A DNA stretch of 64,000 nucleotides, taken from the NCBI GenBank assembly GCA_051531975.1, contig JAOPTT010000005.1:256001-320000 (forward strand), read 5' to 3'. The translations under genes were made by a program, and so were the position numbers. Positions within the stretch are counted from its first letter, which is position 1; each line of letters starts with the position of its first letter. Source of the stretch: Spirochaetaceae bacterium (lineage in GTDB: Bacteria; Spirochaetota; Spirochaetia; DSM-2461). Below, piece after piece: positions 9,882 through 19,443 of the stretch. Below the pieces are notes generated by a model. The model worked only from the letters and a program-made list of their open reading frames with translations, did not search any database and had not been told where the DNA came from.

Positions 9882-11486
9882 TTATTTTTCCAACTCCTGG
9901 CCTAACTTTTTAAGATTAAGTACACTCTGCTCACCAACATCTTTTACAATTGAACTCTCTTCTTCAAGAATTAACATCTTCTCCTGTGTATGTCCAATAG
10001 ATTCCAAAACTAATTCTGATGATTTTAGCTGTTGTACCATTGAGTGAGATATCTGTTGGATTTGATCATTTACATCTCTTATTCCGCTTCTTACTTCAGA
10101 TGTAGATGAGACGGATTGTGCATTACCGTTATTAATATCCTGTGTACCTGCGGAAAGTTCTGTAACTCCCGATAAGATCTCATCCATACCGGATACAACA
10201 TTTTTAATCTCTTCCCTTATCTGGTGGAATGAGTTAGTCGCTGTGCTATTTATATCAGTAGCTGAATTAATTGCTTCACTAATCTTTTTTAACATATCAG
10301 AGATAGTTTTAACGTTATTACCTGAGTTTTCAGATAGTTTTCTTATCTCATCTGCAACAACTGCAAAACCTTTTCCTGCATCACCTGCATGGGCAGCTTC
10401 AATTGCAGCATTCATAGCCAAAAGGCTGGTCTGGGACGCAATATTACTAATAACACTATTTACTTCACCTAAAGATTGTATTAGACCTTGTAAGTTCTCC
10501 ATAGCAGAAGTGGATTCTGATAGTACTTCTTCTGCTCTTTCAGCATTAACCGATAATTTAGTTACAATTAACTTTCTATCCTCTGCGATCTTAGCGATAT
10601 TATTTATTGAACTTGCCATCTCTTCAATTGCTGCTGAAGTCTGTTCAATTACAACAGTTTGGGTTTCACTGGATTTAGATACAACTTCTGAACTCTCTGC
10701 TATAGATGAACTAGACTGTTGTAAGACTCCTGTAGATTCAGAAAGTATAGCAACCTCCTGTTTAATAGAGAGAATCATATCTTTAACTTCTGTAACAGCA
10801 CTTGACATTTTATTTGAAGATTCCATAAGCTCCTCTCCAGTATCAAAATCCCCTTGTAGTTTACCAACAATAGTATGTAAATGCTTTGTTCTTTCTAGGT
10901 TTAAAGAGCTCTCTTTTGATATTGATTCAACAAGATTACGCCCCCGTTTATTAGAACTAATAACAATTATTCCTGAAAAAATTATTAATATCATTGCAAT
11001 AATAGGGTCATCTATAGTTGGTGCTTTATCGTTTAGATTCGCAGGTAAAGCCCTAAAAAAGTGATTAAAGATTATGGCTAAAGATCCAAGAACCATGACT
11101 ATAGCTGGTTCTTTCGGTTTTTCAGTAACTAATAGAGTGATAACAAGGACAAACATCTGAAGAAAAGCGATGAAATATACATCTACATATGATGCTATAT
11201 TCATTGTTAAAATTAGCATTGAGCAAGCAATGGATAAAAAAGTTATAGTAATTGATCTTGCTACATTCATTTTATTCATCTTAACTAAAAAAGTTATGGA
11301 CAGGGTTAAAAAACTCATAATCACCATATATGTTGGGGTCTTTTCCCCTTCGATAATTACAGAAAGAAGAATGAAAATACCTGTTAGACCTAATAATATT
11401 GAAACTAATGAAAAGGCCTGAGTATATAATACGTTATCATCTTCTTTATACCCGCTTAAATAAAACTTATCTATAATCTTTCTCAT
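9882..11486 (-). CDS. Methyl-accepting chemotaxis protein with a multi-TM N-terminal region
   Basis: Signalling hairpin [38 protein letters not shown]; about 6 N-terminal hydrophobic segments. Confidence 0.95.
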   Translation of the reverse strand: MRKIIDKFYLSGYKEDDNVLYTQAFSLVSILLGLTGIFILLSVIIEGEKTPTYMVIMSFLTLSITFLVKMNKMNVARSITITFLSIACSMLILTMNIASYVDVYFIAFLQMFVLVITLLVTEKPKEPAIVMVLGSLAIIFNHFFRALPANLNDKAPTIDDPIIAMILIIFSGIIVISSNKRGRNLVESISKESSLNLERTKHLHTIVGKLQGDFDTGEELMESSNKMSSAVTEVKDMILSIKQEVAILSESTGVLQQSSSSIAESSEVVSKSSETQTVVIEQTSAAIEEMASSINNIAKIAEDRKLIVTKLSVNAERAEEVLSESTSAMENLQGLIQSLGEVNSVISNIASQTSLLAMNAAIEAAHAGDAGKGFAVVADEIRKLSENSGNNVKTISDMLKKISEAINSATDINSTATNSFHQIREEIKNVVSGMDEILSGVTELSAGTQDINNGNAQSVSSTSEVRSGIRDVNDQIQQISHSMVQQLKSSELVLESIGHTQEKMLILEEESSIVKDVGEQSVLNLKKLGQELEK

Positions 11487-11542
11487 AATATAAAATTCTC
11501 CTTGTTAACTTAATAATAATCTTTATCTTTAATTTATAGTAT

Positions 11543-13714
11543 TTATTCAGATAAAAATCTATCTATAACTTGCTGACGATACTCTTTTGACAGAGAGGAA
11601 AAAAATGCTGAATATCCAGTTACCCTAATAACTAAGTCAGGGTGTTTTGAAGGATCTTCGTGAGCCTGCATCAATCTCTCTTTTGTAATACAATTTAAGT
11701 TTATTAATGTCCCACCCATATGGTTATGTGTTTTAATTAACGCCATTAAAGCCTCGATTCCACCTTCACTTTCAACTAGATTACTATCTATATCAAGGTG
11801 TAGTGGTGCGGAGTTCCCTAATCCTGGTTGTGTTTTAGCAACTGCTGTAGCTTTTAAGGATGGGGAAAAGGAGTTAATTCCTCTGGCAAAACCCGGGTCA
11901 GGGTCGTTTGAATGTGAAATAGGATCTTTATCAAATCGTCCATTTGGAGTTGCAGATAAACTTTTTCCGTAGGCATATACATCTCCATGGGAGAACATAC
12001 CGGGGATTATTCTTAACTGGTGTTTAGTTGTTGGGATTTTAGAATAATCCACAAAAAAATCACGTATTTTAAGTGCCCATTTTTCTGAGAGTGAGCCGGG
12101 AGACCCAAACCTGTCTATGTTTTTTAACATTAAACGTATATTCTCTTCATTTTCATAGTTTACATCTAATACATGGAGAAGTTTGTCCCAGGTTAGATTT
12201 TTTTCATTAACTACCCTTAACTCTATTGCAGCAAATGAGTCTGCAACAGTGGCAAGTGCAATACCATCGATACAGAAACTTATATTATCAACACCACCTT
12301 CCGCTACATTTAATCCACGTTCTATAGGACCGTGCATAAAGAGGTTTAAAACAATCTCAGGCTTATTTCTTGATATAACCTCATAGTGACAATCAAAACC
12401 ATCCTTTATTGAATCCAACATTATTTTTAAGTGATATGTAAACTTATCCCACAGAGTATCTAGATCTCTGGTTGTTAATGTTTTTAAATCACCTAGAGAT
12501 TCAACTAGAGCTGTTGCCATATTACATCTTGTTACATCCTGCATTGGATACTCAGTCCCTGGAAGAGCTGTCCAGTTACACCCAACTTTTGCTCTTAATC
12601 TAGCAGCCTGTATAGGAAATCCATTTTTTGAATAACCTTCTTCACACCCTATATTCAGTGAATAATCAACACCTGTTCCATCTGCAAGATTATATTCTAA
12701 ACTTCTGCGAAGTAATTCATCATCAACATCGTCATGCACTCTTAACGCAATGTTTACAGGTATTTTTATCTGGTGCATAGCTTCAAGGATTATATATGAC
12801 ATTTTACTTGTAACATCCCCTGAACCATCGGCCTTTAAACCTGCAATCTGGGAGTAGTGAGTATCATTAAAAAACAGACTTGATATATACCAGATAGCCA
12901 TATCATCTGTTAATATTCCATTTTTTATATCTCGATCGTAATATGGTTTTAATATTTCATCCAGCTGTGAAAGTGCTCCACCAGCAAAATAAGTCCTATC
13001 AAAAACTTGGAAATGTGCTAAAAACTGACACGATTCCCTAAGGGTTCTTGGAGGATTATCTATAAGCCATCTATTTATCTTGGCTATTTCTATATAATTA
13101 TTACGTTTAAAACTATCTTGCTCTGTCTCTGCAAGGTCTTCTGCGTAATTAGCATGATTCGTTATCCACTGCTTAATTCCCAGTAGTAGTAACTCTTCCC
13201 CATCATAAAATGAGGTATCGGTTGGATTGTTTTTGGCTCTATAATGTCTAACTTTATTAAGAAGGCCTGCCCAACCAAGTTCTAAACCTATATTCATATC
13301 AGGACCAAAGTGGTTCATAGCTCCAAATCCACTTTGCCAAATGTTGTATCTATTCCAAATCTTTTCCAGATGTAAAGGTCTGTCTTCAGGGATAATATCA
13401 ATTTTAACCCAGTTTTGAAGATAACCAACCCAGCATCCAGCTAGGGCACTATTTGCATTTATGTATTTTGGGGATTCATTGAGATATTTTCTAAAAGTTT
13501 CACCAATAGCTTTAGAACCATATATATAACCGTCTTTGTGATTTGGCTCTGCAGTAAAATTAAAATCCGGATGTAGAATAAATCCATGATCATCGACATC
13601 TATATATCCAAGTTTTTTAATTTTATCACTATTTATTGATATTTTATTTTTATGAAGTCCATTAATTAATTTTTTATATTTATCTGAAACTGTTATTTTC
13701 TCAAAATAGTTCAT
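11543..13714 (-). CDS. Glycyl radical enzyme (PFL superfamily), uncharacterised class
   Basis: C-terminal glycyl loop HPDLVIRVTGYSAFF; ATPNGR motif; single-Cys loop KVGCNW; adjacent activating enzyme. Confidence 0.92.
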   Translation of the reverse strand: MNYFEKITVSDKYKKLINGLHKNKISINSDKIKKLGYIDVDDHGFILHPDFNFTAEPNHKDGYIYGSKAIGETFRKYLNESPKYINANSALAGCWVGYLQNWVKIDIIPEDRPLHLEKIWNRYNIWQSGFGAMNHFGPDMNIGLELGWAGLLNKVRHYRAKNNPTDTSFYDGEELLLLGIKQWITNHANYAEDLAETEQDSFKRNNYIEIAKINRWLIDNPPRTLRESCQFLAHFQVFDRTYFAGGALSQLDEILKPYYDRDIKNGILTDDMAIWYISSLFFNDTHYSQIAGLKADGSGDVTSKMSYIILEAMHQIKIPVNIALRVHDDVDDELLRRSLEYNLADGTGVDYSLNIGCEEGYSKNGFPIQAARLRAKVGCNWTALPGTEYPMQDVTRCNMATALVESLGDLKTLTTRDLDTLWDKFTYHLKIMLDSIKDGFDCHYEVISRNKPEIVLNLFMHGPIERGLNVAEGGVDNISFCIDGIALATVADSFAAIELRVVNEKNLTWDKLLHVLDVNYENEENIRLMLKNIDRFGSPGSLSEKWALKIRDFFVDYSKIPTTKHQLRIIPGMFSHGDVYAYGKSLSATPNGRFDKDPISHSNDPDPGFARGINSFSPSLKATAVAKTQPGLGNSAPLHLDIDSNLVESEGGIEALMALIKTHNHMGGTLINLNCITKERLMQAHEDPSKHPDLVIRVTGYSAFFSSLSKEYRQQVIDRFLSE

Positions 13715-13723
13715 TTTATACTC

Positions 13724-14617
13724 CTATTTTATATTCAAACCACAAGCTTTAAGCTCAATTTTTGCTATTTCCACTTGTTCTTTTGTAGGTATTATAAACT
13801 TGTTATAATCCATTTCAAGCAGATTGTACTTATTTTCACCTAGTTTATGATAAGGAAGTATCTCTACACTTTTAATATTAAGAGGTTTTAATATATCTCC
13901 CATCTTCTTAAACTGATTTTCATTAACTCCAATAATAAGGGGGATTCTTATAATAATATCCTTATTATTCTCTGATAATTTTTTTAAGTTTTCCAATATT
14001 AAATAATTATCCACACCTGTATATTTTTTGTAGATATTTGTATCTGCAGCTTTAAGATCAAAAAGAAAAAGATCGGTAACATCCAAAATTCTTTCAAAAG
14101 AACTCCATGGGACATTTCCTGCAGTATCAATTGCGGTATGTATGTTCTCTTTTTTACAATCAGTTAAAATTGTCTCTAAAAACTCTATTTGAAGCATAGA
14201 CTCTCCACCGGAAAATGTTACACCACCATCTGAATTATTAAAATAATCCCTATCAGTTAGTATATTTTCTAAAACATTTTTTCGGTCTATATCTTTTCCC
14301 ACACCTACAATTGCTTCTGCAAAACAGTTCTGGGCACATTTAAAACATGCGGTACAGGAGTCTCTATCTATCTTATGAATGTTTTTATTATCCAACAGAT
14401 GAACACTGTTTTGACAAACATCAAAACAGTTATTACAAACGATACATTTATCAGGATAAAATTCTATATGATTTTTGTGTTTTATAGATTCAGGATTATG
14501 GCACCAGGAACATTTTAGGTTGCAACCTTTAAAAAAAACTACAGTCCTTATTCCTGGGCCATCATGAACAGAAAAACGTTGAATATCAAAGATTCTTGCG
14601 TTATTTATTTTTTTCAC
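13724..14617 (-). CDS. Glycyl-radical enzyme activating enzyme (radical SAM with ferredoxin insert)
   Basis: FDIQRFSVHDGPGIRTVVFFKGCNLKCSWCHNPES; CIVCNNCFDVC and CTACFKCAQNC; GGVTFSGGE; LPYHKLG. Confidence 0.95.
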   Translation of the reverse strand: MKKINNARIFDIQRFSVHDGPGIRTVVFFKGCNLKCSWCHNPESIKHKNHIEFYPDKCIVCNNCFDVCQNSVHLLDNKNIHKIDRDSCTACFKCAQNCFAEAIVGVGKDIDRKNVLENILTDRDYFNNSDGGVTFSGGESMLQIEFLETILTDCKKENIHTAIDTAGNVPWSSFERILDVTDLFLFDLKAADTNIYKKYTGVDNYLILENLKKLSENNKDIIIRIPLIIGVNENQFKKMGDILKPLNIKSVEILPYHKLGENKYNLLEMDYNKFIIPTKEQVEIAKIELKACGLNIK

Positions 14618-16976
14618 TTTCCAACCGCAGTTGTACTAGGACATCGGGACGTACACATACAAAATCCGGTCCTAAACTTTTCTGAACTTCCTGAAGTCTG
14701 TCCATTGACCAGTTCCAGTTAAGAACCCACGCTTCAATAAAATTCTCTCCACGTGTAGCAGCTTCACGGATTTCACCAGCCATATGTTCCACTCGTTCCT
14801 CTATAGGTAGAGAAGGAGCAAAAGAGGATGCTGAGCGACAGGCGACAACATCGTTTGGAGCTACCCTTGCACAAGCAGCACTAGGAGCACCTCCATAACC
14901 TGTAAAAATACCCTTTAGCTGACCTGTTGAGTGTTTTGCATATCTATCTTCCTCATCGTTTCCACCATTAATTAACCAGAGACAGGATGTATCAATCGAG
15001 CTCATTGCTTTCTCTGTCATTAAAGCATACTTTGTATATAGCTCTTCCCGCTGCTCTGGGTAGGCCATAAGATAAATTATAGGTTCTGTATATCCAACAC
15101 CAAGTCCACCAACAAGCAAGTCGTTTTCCGATGCTGTTCTAAGGTAATAATTAAGTACGGTCGGAGCCATCATAGCTGCAGATGGAGCAAATGACCAACC
15201 CATAGGAATTGAGCCTCGTTGTGTCTTATCCCACTGTAGTTCCCTAGTCTGGAGCATTAATGCCTCCCCAAGATTATCTCCATCGGACATTATATGTGTA
15301 TAATAAACTTTATCTGGATCCAGTTTAGGAACATTTGGTTTCTTGTGTTTATACCCTCCTGTTTCTACACCGGAGTGAATTGTCAGATTTGTTGCTTCAT
15401 GGGATGGGGTTAGTATTTTACCAAAAAAAGAACCAAGTAGAAGTCCAGGTTCTTCTAATACAGCATCAGCCATACGATCCCCACCTTCTGGAACATTTGG
15501 CATCCAGTCAAACCACCAGCCTATTATTGGAGTATTTGGTGGAGTTGAGGCCAATATACCTCGAAGAAGATTCTCTTCCGGTAAGGTTCTTGTCATTGGA
15601 AACCAGAAAGTAAATATTTTAAATGATACAAGGTAATCAGTTAACAGAAAGATTCCAGGATAACATGTCGCCAGTATATTATGATTCATTTTTGGGTAGA
15701 GTTCAGTGTATGCCCAGTGCATCATCTCGTACTGGGAGGACCACTTGCCTCTAACATCAAAAATAACTGGTAGATTTAATTTTTCATTCATCTGGGGGGT
15801 TACCGGTACAGCGTCCTCTATGGAACCGATCATCATAACTACATTGGTCTCATTTAGACTGTTTGCATATTTTTGTCCAATGTTATCCATGATTGAACCA
15901 TCGTAAATAACTGAACCGTTAATTTTATCCCTAAAAATATCCCATGTTTGAGACTGGGAAACCATTTTAGAGGTATAACCTTCAAAGTGCAGCTCTTCAA
16001 GCCACTCTCTATCCTGTCTGTCATACCTAGTATGAAGAAGGTATAAAGATGGTTTTTTCCGGTTTACAAGTCCCTGAAGTACCGAAAATGCAAACTCCTC
16101 CTGGGGTGTAGCACTACTTACATCAAGAATATAAAGTGTTTTGGCAGGTCTAGGTGATTGTGGCCATAAGTTTGGATAAGGTTTTATTCCAGTAACCGGT
16201 TCATAACCAACAGGTACATCTTGGAAAGGCTGAAAACTTCCAGTCTCATTAAGTCGGTATTCAAAAGAGTTTACCCAGGCTTTATCCCACTCTGTTGCAA
16301 ATGCATCATTTTTTAGACTTTCAAGGACAAGCCGGGTCTCTTCATCTTTTTTAGCAGAAGCGTATATCTCTAACAATGCAAAACGAGATAATATTCTACT
16401 AAGATTATCAGGACAATCCTCTATTAATTTGTTTAATTTCCAAGTAACATTATCTGGAGTATCTAAAATGTCTACTTGCCAACTAACATTCCATGGATCA
16501 TCTCCTGAGTGTATTTTTACTAATATAGTGTTTACTCCAGGTTTAAGGTGACATAGCATATAGTCGTATTGTAACCTTATACCAGGGTGGGGGATAGTTC
16601 TGTAAAGAGTTTGTTCTTCATTTATCCATGCTGCAACTATTGCTTCGGAACCTATAGTTATTTCCGCTATTTGTTCATATTTAACTTCAACTTCTAAATG
16701 TATGTAATAGACACTCCATGTCTCTCTATCATGATCCATTACAGAACCAGACTGCCACGGTGTAACTCCATTTTTCCCAGGATACTCTGAATTAGGATCG
16801 AAACCTTCTTCTGGTGGATAGGGTATAAATACTCCCTGATATCCGGCGTTCTCATATGGACCTGAAAAATGAAGACTTTTAGGTATTAATGTTGTCTTCT
16901 TTGGAAAACTTTTTTCAAGTAGAGTTTGCCATTTAGCCCTTGCAGTATTGTTAATATTATTAACTAATTGTTTCAT
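14601..16976 (-). CDS. GxGYxYP-family putative glycoside hydrolase with extra N-terminal beta-sandwich-like domain, no signal peptide
   Basis: LQGLVNRKKPSLY, TDYLVS, NLTIHSG, MSDGDNL, RGSIPMGWS and GGLGVGYTEP match the GxGYxYP N/C domain pattern. Confidence 0.78.
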   Translation of the reverse strand: MKQLVNNINNTARAKWQTLLEKSFPKKTTLIPKSLHFSGPYENAGYQGVFIPYPPEEGFDPNSEYPGKNGVTPWQSGSVMDHDRETWSVYYIHLEVEVKYEQIAEITIGSEAIVAAWINEEQTLYRTIPHPGIRLQYDYMLCHLKPGVNTILVKIHSGDDPWNVSWQVDILDTPDNVTWKLNKLIEDCPDNLSRILSRFALLEIYASAKKDEETRLVLESLKNDAFATEWDKAWVNSFEYRLNETGSFQPFQDVPVGYEPVTGIKPYPNLWPQSPRPAKTLYILDVSSATPQEEFAFSVLQGLVNRKKPSLYLLHTRYDRQDREWLEELHFEGYTSKMVSQSQTWDIFRDKINGSVIYDGSIMDNIGQKYANSLNETNVVMMIGSIEDAVPVTPQMNEKLNLPVIFDVRGKWSSQYEMMHWAYTELYPKMNHNILATCYPGIFLLTDYLVSFKIFTFWFPMTRTLPEENLLRGILASTPPNTPIIGWWFDWMPNVPEGGDRMADAVLEEPGLLLGSFFGKILTPSHEATNLTIHSGVETGGYKHKKPNVPKLDPDKVYYTHIMSDGDNLGEALMLQTRELQWDKTQRGSIPMGWSFAPSAAMMAPTVLNYYLRTASENDLLVGGLGVGYTEPIIYLMAYPEQREELYTKYALMTEKAMSSIDTSCLWLINGGNDEEDRYAKHSTGQLKGIFTGYGGAPSAACARVAPNDVVACRSASSFAPSLPIEERVEHMAGEIREAATRGENFIEAWVLNWNWSMDRLQEVQKSLGPDFVCVRPDVLVQLRLESEKNK

Positions 16977-17017
16977 TTAGTTCTCCTAAATATAAGTGTA
17001 TATATATAGATGTAATT

Positions 17018-17074
17018 TGTTATATCATTTGATTGCAATATGATATAACATATCATGGATACTGATAAAGTCAA
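17018..17074 (-). promoter_or_regulatory. Promoter of the GxGYxYP-GRE operon with overlapping inverted-repeat operator
   Basis: Minus strand TTGACT-16-TATGTT with extended TGn; TGTTATATCAT (17018-17028) / ATGATATAACA (17040-17050) inverted repeat; ATGATAT-AAC-ATATCAT palindrome (17040-17056). Confidence 0.55.
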
Positions 17075-17118
17075 GAAAAAGAACTTTTTATTACATCTAT
17101 ATTATTTACAAATTATTA

Positions 17119-17196
17119 TTGACAAACAGTATTGTTATTGTAATATTTTAGACGTAATAACTTGTATAATGAATCCAGATATTTGATATGTCATAT
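17119..17196 (+). promoter_or_regulatory. Candidate GH3 promoter(s) and operator box
   Basis: TTGACA (17119) -16- TAATAT; TATAAT at 17165; box TGATATGTCATAT (17184-17196) is 12/13 identical to the minus-strand box TGATATGTTATAT of the divergent promoter. Confidence 0.45.
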
Positions 17197-17229
17197 TTAT
17201 TCATTATATATAAGGGAGAAAAGGTTTCC

Positions 17230-19356
17230 ATGGCAGATTATAAAAAAATGGCTAACGATATAATTTCAGATATGACAGTAAAAGAGAAGGTTTCACAGAT
17301 GGTTCATGGAGCCAGGGGAATCTCCAGACTGCAGATCCCTGCTTATAACTGGTGGAATGAGTGTTTACATGGTGTTGGTAGAGCTGGTATTGCAACTGTA
17401 TTTCCCCAGCCAATAGGTTTGGCTGCTATGTTTGATGATAATTTTTTAAAAGAGATCGCTGAAGTTATTTCCGATGAGGTTAGGGCTAAATATAATGAAG
17501 TTAATATTGTAGATAAAAAGATACAATCATCAAAATTATTAGGAAAATTACAAGCTCATAAATTATGGTACAGAGGATTAACATGCTGGAGTCCAAACAT
17601 CAATATATTTAGGGACCCAAGGTGGGGACGTGGACATGAAACTTTTGGTGAAGATCCATATCTAACCAGTAGGTTAGGAGTCGCATTTATTAAAGGTCTA
17701 CAAGGTGAAAATCCAGAGTTTCTGAAAGTTGTTGCAACACCAAAACATTTTGCTGTTCATAGTGGTCCTGAGTTTAACAGGCATAGTTTTAACTCTGTTG
17801 TAAATAAAAAAGATCTATACGAAACATATCTTCCGGCATTTAAAGCCTGTATTCAGGAGGGTAAAGCCGCATCTATAATGACAGCATATAACGCTTTTAA
17901 TGGGGAACCTTGTGCATCAAGCGAAGAACTCCTACAACATATTTTAAGGGATGAGTGGGGTTTTAATGGTTTTGTTGTATCAGATTGTGGAGCAATTCAA
18001 GATATCAGAAAACATCATAAAAAGACAAAAAGTAATACTGTAGCTGCATCAATGGCTGTAAATGCAGGTTGTGATCTAAACTGTGGAACAATGTATAATT
18101 TCTTAGCTAATGCTGTAAAAAAAGGACTTGTTACAGAAGACACCCTAGATATAAGTTTAACTAGACTTTTTGAAGCACGTATTAAACTAGGAATGTTATC
18201 TTCTAGAACAAAAAATCCATATGATGAAATTAAACCTGATGTTATAAACTGTAAAAAACATCGGGATCTTGCTTTAGAAGCTTCAAAAAAATCACTTGTT
18301 TTACTAAAAAATGATGGTATATTGCCATTAAAAAAAGAGATAAAAAAAATAGCGGTTATAGGTCCAAATGCAGATTCTAAATCCGTACTTTTAGGTAATT
18401 ATAGTGGTGATCCTTCATCTTTTTCTACTATATTAAGTGGAATAAAAAAATCATTTTATGGTGAAGTTCTTTATACTCAAGGTTGCCACTTAACTAAAAC
18501 AAATACTAAAGATTTTAAAAAGGTTATAGCCCTCGCAAAAGAAGCAGATGTCGTTATATTAGCGATTGGTCTAGCTCCTGAAATAGAAGGAGAAGAGGGG
18601 GATGCATTTAATTCAGATGCTGCCGGGGATAAACTTACAATAAAATTACCTGGACTTCAGGAGAACTTAATTAAAACCCTTAATAATGTAGGAACTCCTG
18701 TTGTAGCTACTGTTTTAGCTGGTAGTGCCCTTGATTTAAGAGTGCTTGAAAAAAACTCTTCTGCAATTATTCAAGCATGGTATCCGGGGCAGGATGGAGG
18801 GGAAGCAGTTGCAAAACTAATCTTTGGTGAATACTCTCCATCAGGTAGACTTCCTGTTACTTTTGTTGAATCAGATAGTGATCTACCAGATTTTGAAGAT
18901 TATTCAATGGTAGGAAGAACATACAGGTTTTTAAATAAACCCCCACTGTATCCATTTGGTTTTGGATTAAGTTATACCAACTTTGATTATGATAACCTGG
19001 TAACATCCTGGACTGGTAGTGAAGAGAACAAAAGTCTGAAAGTTAGTATTACAGTTAAAAATACAGGTAATATAGACTCAGATGAAATAGTACAATATTA
19101 CTATAAATTTCATGACAAAGATAATAACTCTGCAAATTTCCAGCTATGCAAGTTTAGTCGAATAACTTTAAAAGTTGGTGAAACTGTAACCTTAGAGACA
19201 AATATTCCTTTAGAAATGTTTAAAGGTATAGATAACAATGGGAAATCAGTACTAAGAAATGGGGATTACACTATATTTGTTGGAGGTTCCGGGCCTGATA
19301 AAAGAAGTGAACAGTTAGTTAAAAGAGAAGTGCTAAAATTGAGCTTTAAATTATAA
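17230..19356 (+). CDS. GH3 beta-glucosidase/beta-xylosidase, cytoplasmic
   Basis: WWNECLHG, WSPNINIFRDPRWGRGHETFGEDP, KHFAVH, nucleophile region VVSDCGA, EGEEGD, YPFGFGLSY. Start placed at ATG 17230 after a purine-rich SD-like stretch. Confidence 0.93.
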   Translation: MADYKKMANDIISDMTVKEKVSQMVHGARGISRLQIPAYNWWNECLHGVGRAGIATVFPQPIGLAAMFDDNFLKEIAEVISDEVRAKYNEVNIVDKKIQSSKLLGKLQAHKLWYRGLTCWSPNINIFRDPRWGRGHETFGEDPYLTSRLGVAFIKGLQGENPEFLKVVATPKHFAVHSGPEFNRHSFNSVVNKKDLYETYLPAFKACIQEGKAASIMTAYNAFNGEPCASSEELLQHILRDEWGFNGFVVSDCGAIQDIRKHHKKTKSNTVAASMAVNAGCDLNCGTMYNFLANAVKKGLVTEDTLDISLTRLFEARIKLGMLSSRTKNPYDEIKPDVINCKKHRDLALEASKKSLVLLKNDGILPLKKEIKKIAVIGPNADSKSVLLGNYSGDPSSFSTILSGIKKSFYGEVLYTQGCHLTKTNTKDFKKVIALAKEADVVILAIGLAPEIEGEEGDAFNSDAAGDKLTIKLPGLQENLIKTLNNVGTPVVATVLAGSALDLRVLEKNSSAIIQAWYPGQDGGEAVAKLIFGEYSPSGRLPVTFVESDSDLPDFEDYSMVGRTYRFLNKPPLYPFGFGLSYTNFDYDNLVTSWTGSEENKSLKVSITVKNTGNIDSDEIVQYYYKFHDKDNNSANFQLCKFSRITLKVGETVTLETNIPLEMFKGIDNNGKSVLRNGDYTIFVGGSGPDKRSEQLVKREVLKLSFKL

Positions 19357-19443
19357 TAATATTAACCCAAATTATAGATCTTTTACTAATATTGTTATAT
19401 TGTACTTTCCTTTGTAAATAAAATAAAAATTATATTAGAGAGT

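Noticed and set aside
10243..11064. 273-aa + strand ORF
   Set aside because: Antisense shadow of the MCP coiled-coil region; Ser/Ile-rich with no recognisable motifs or SD
11543..13714. Annotation as pyruvate formate-lyase (pflB)
   Set aside because: Lacks the Cys-Cys pair, and the activase has a ferredoxin insert that PflA lacks
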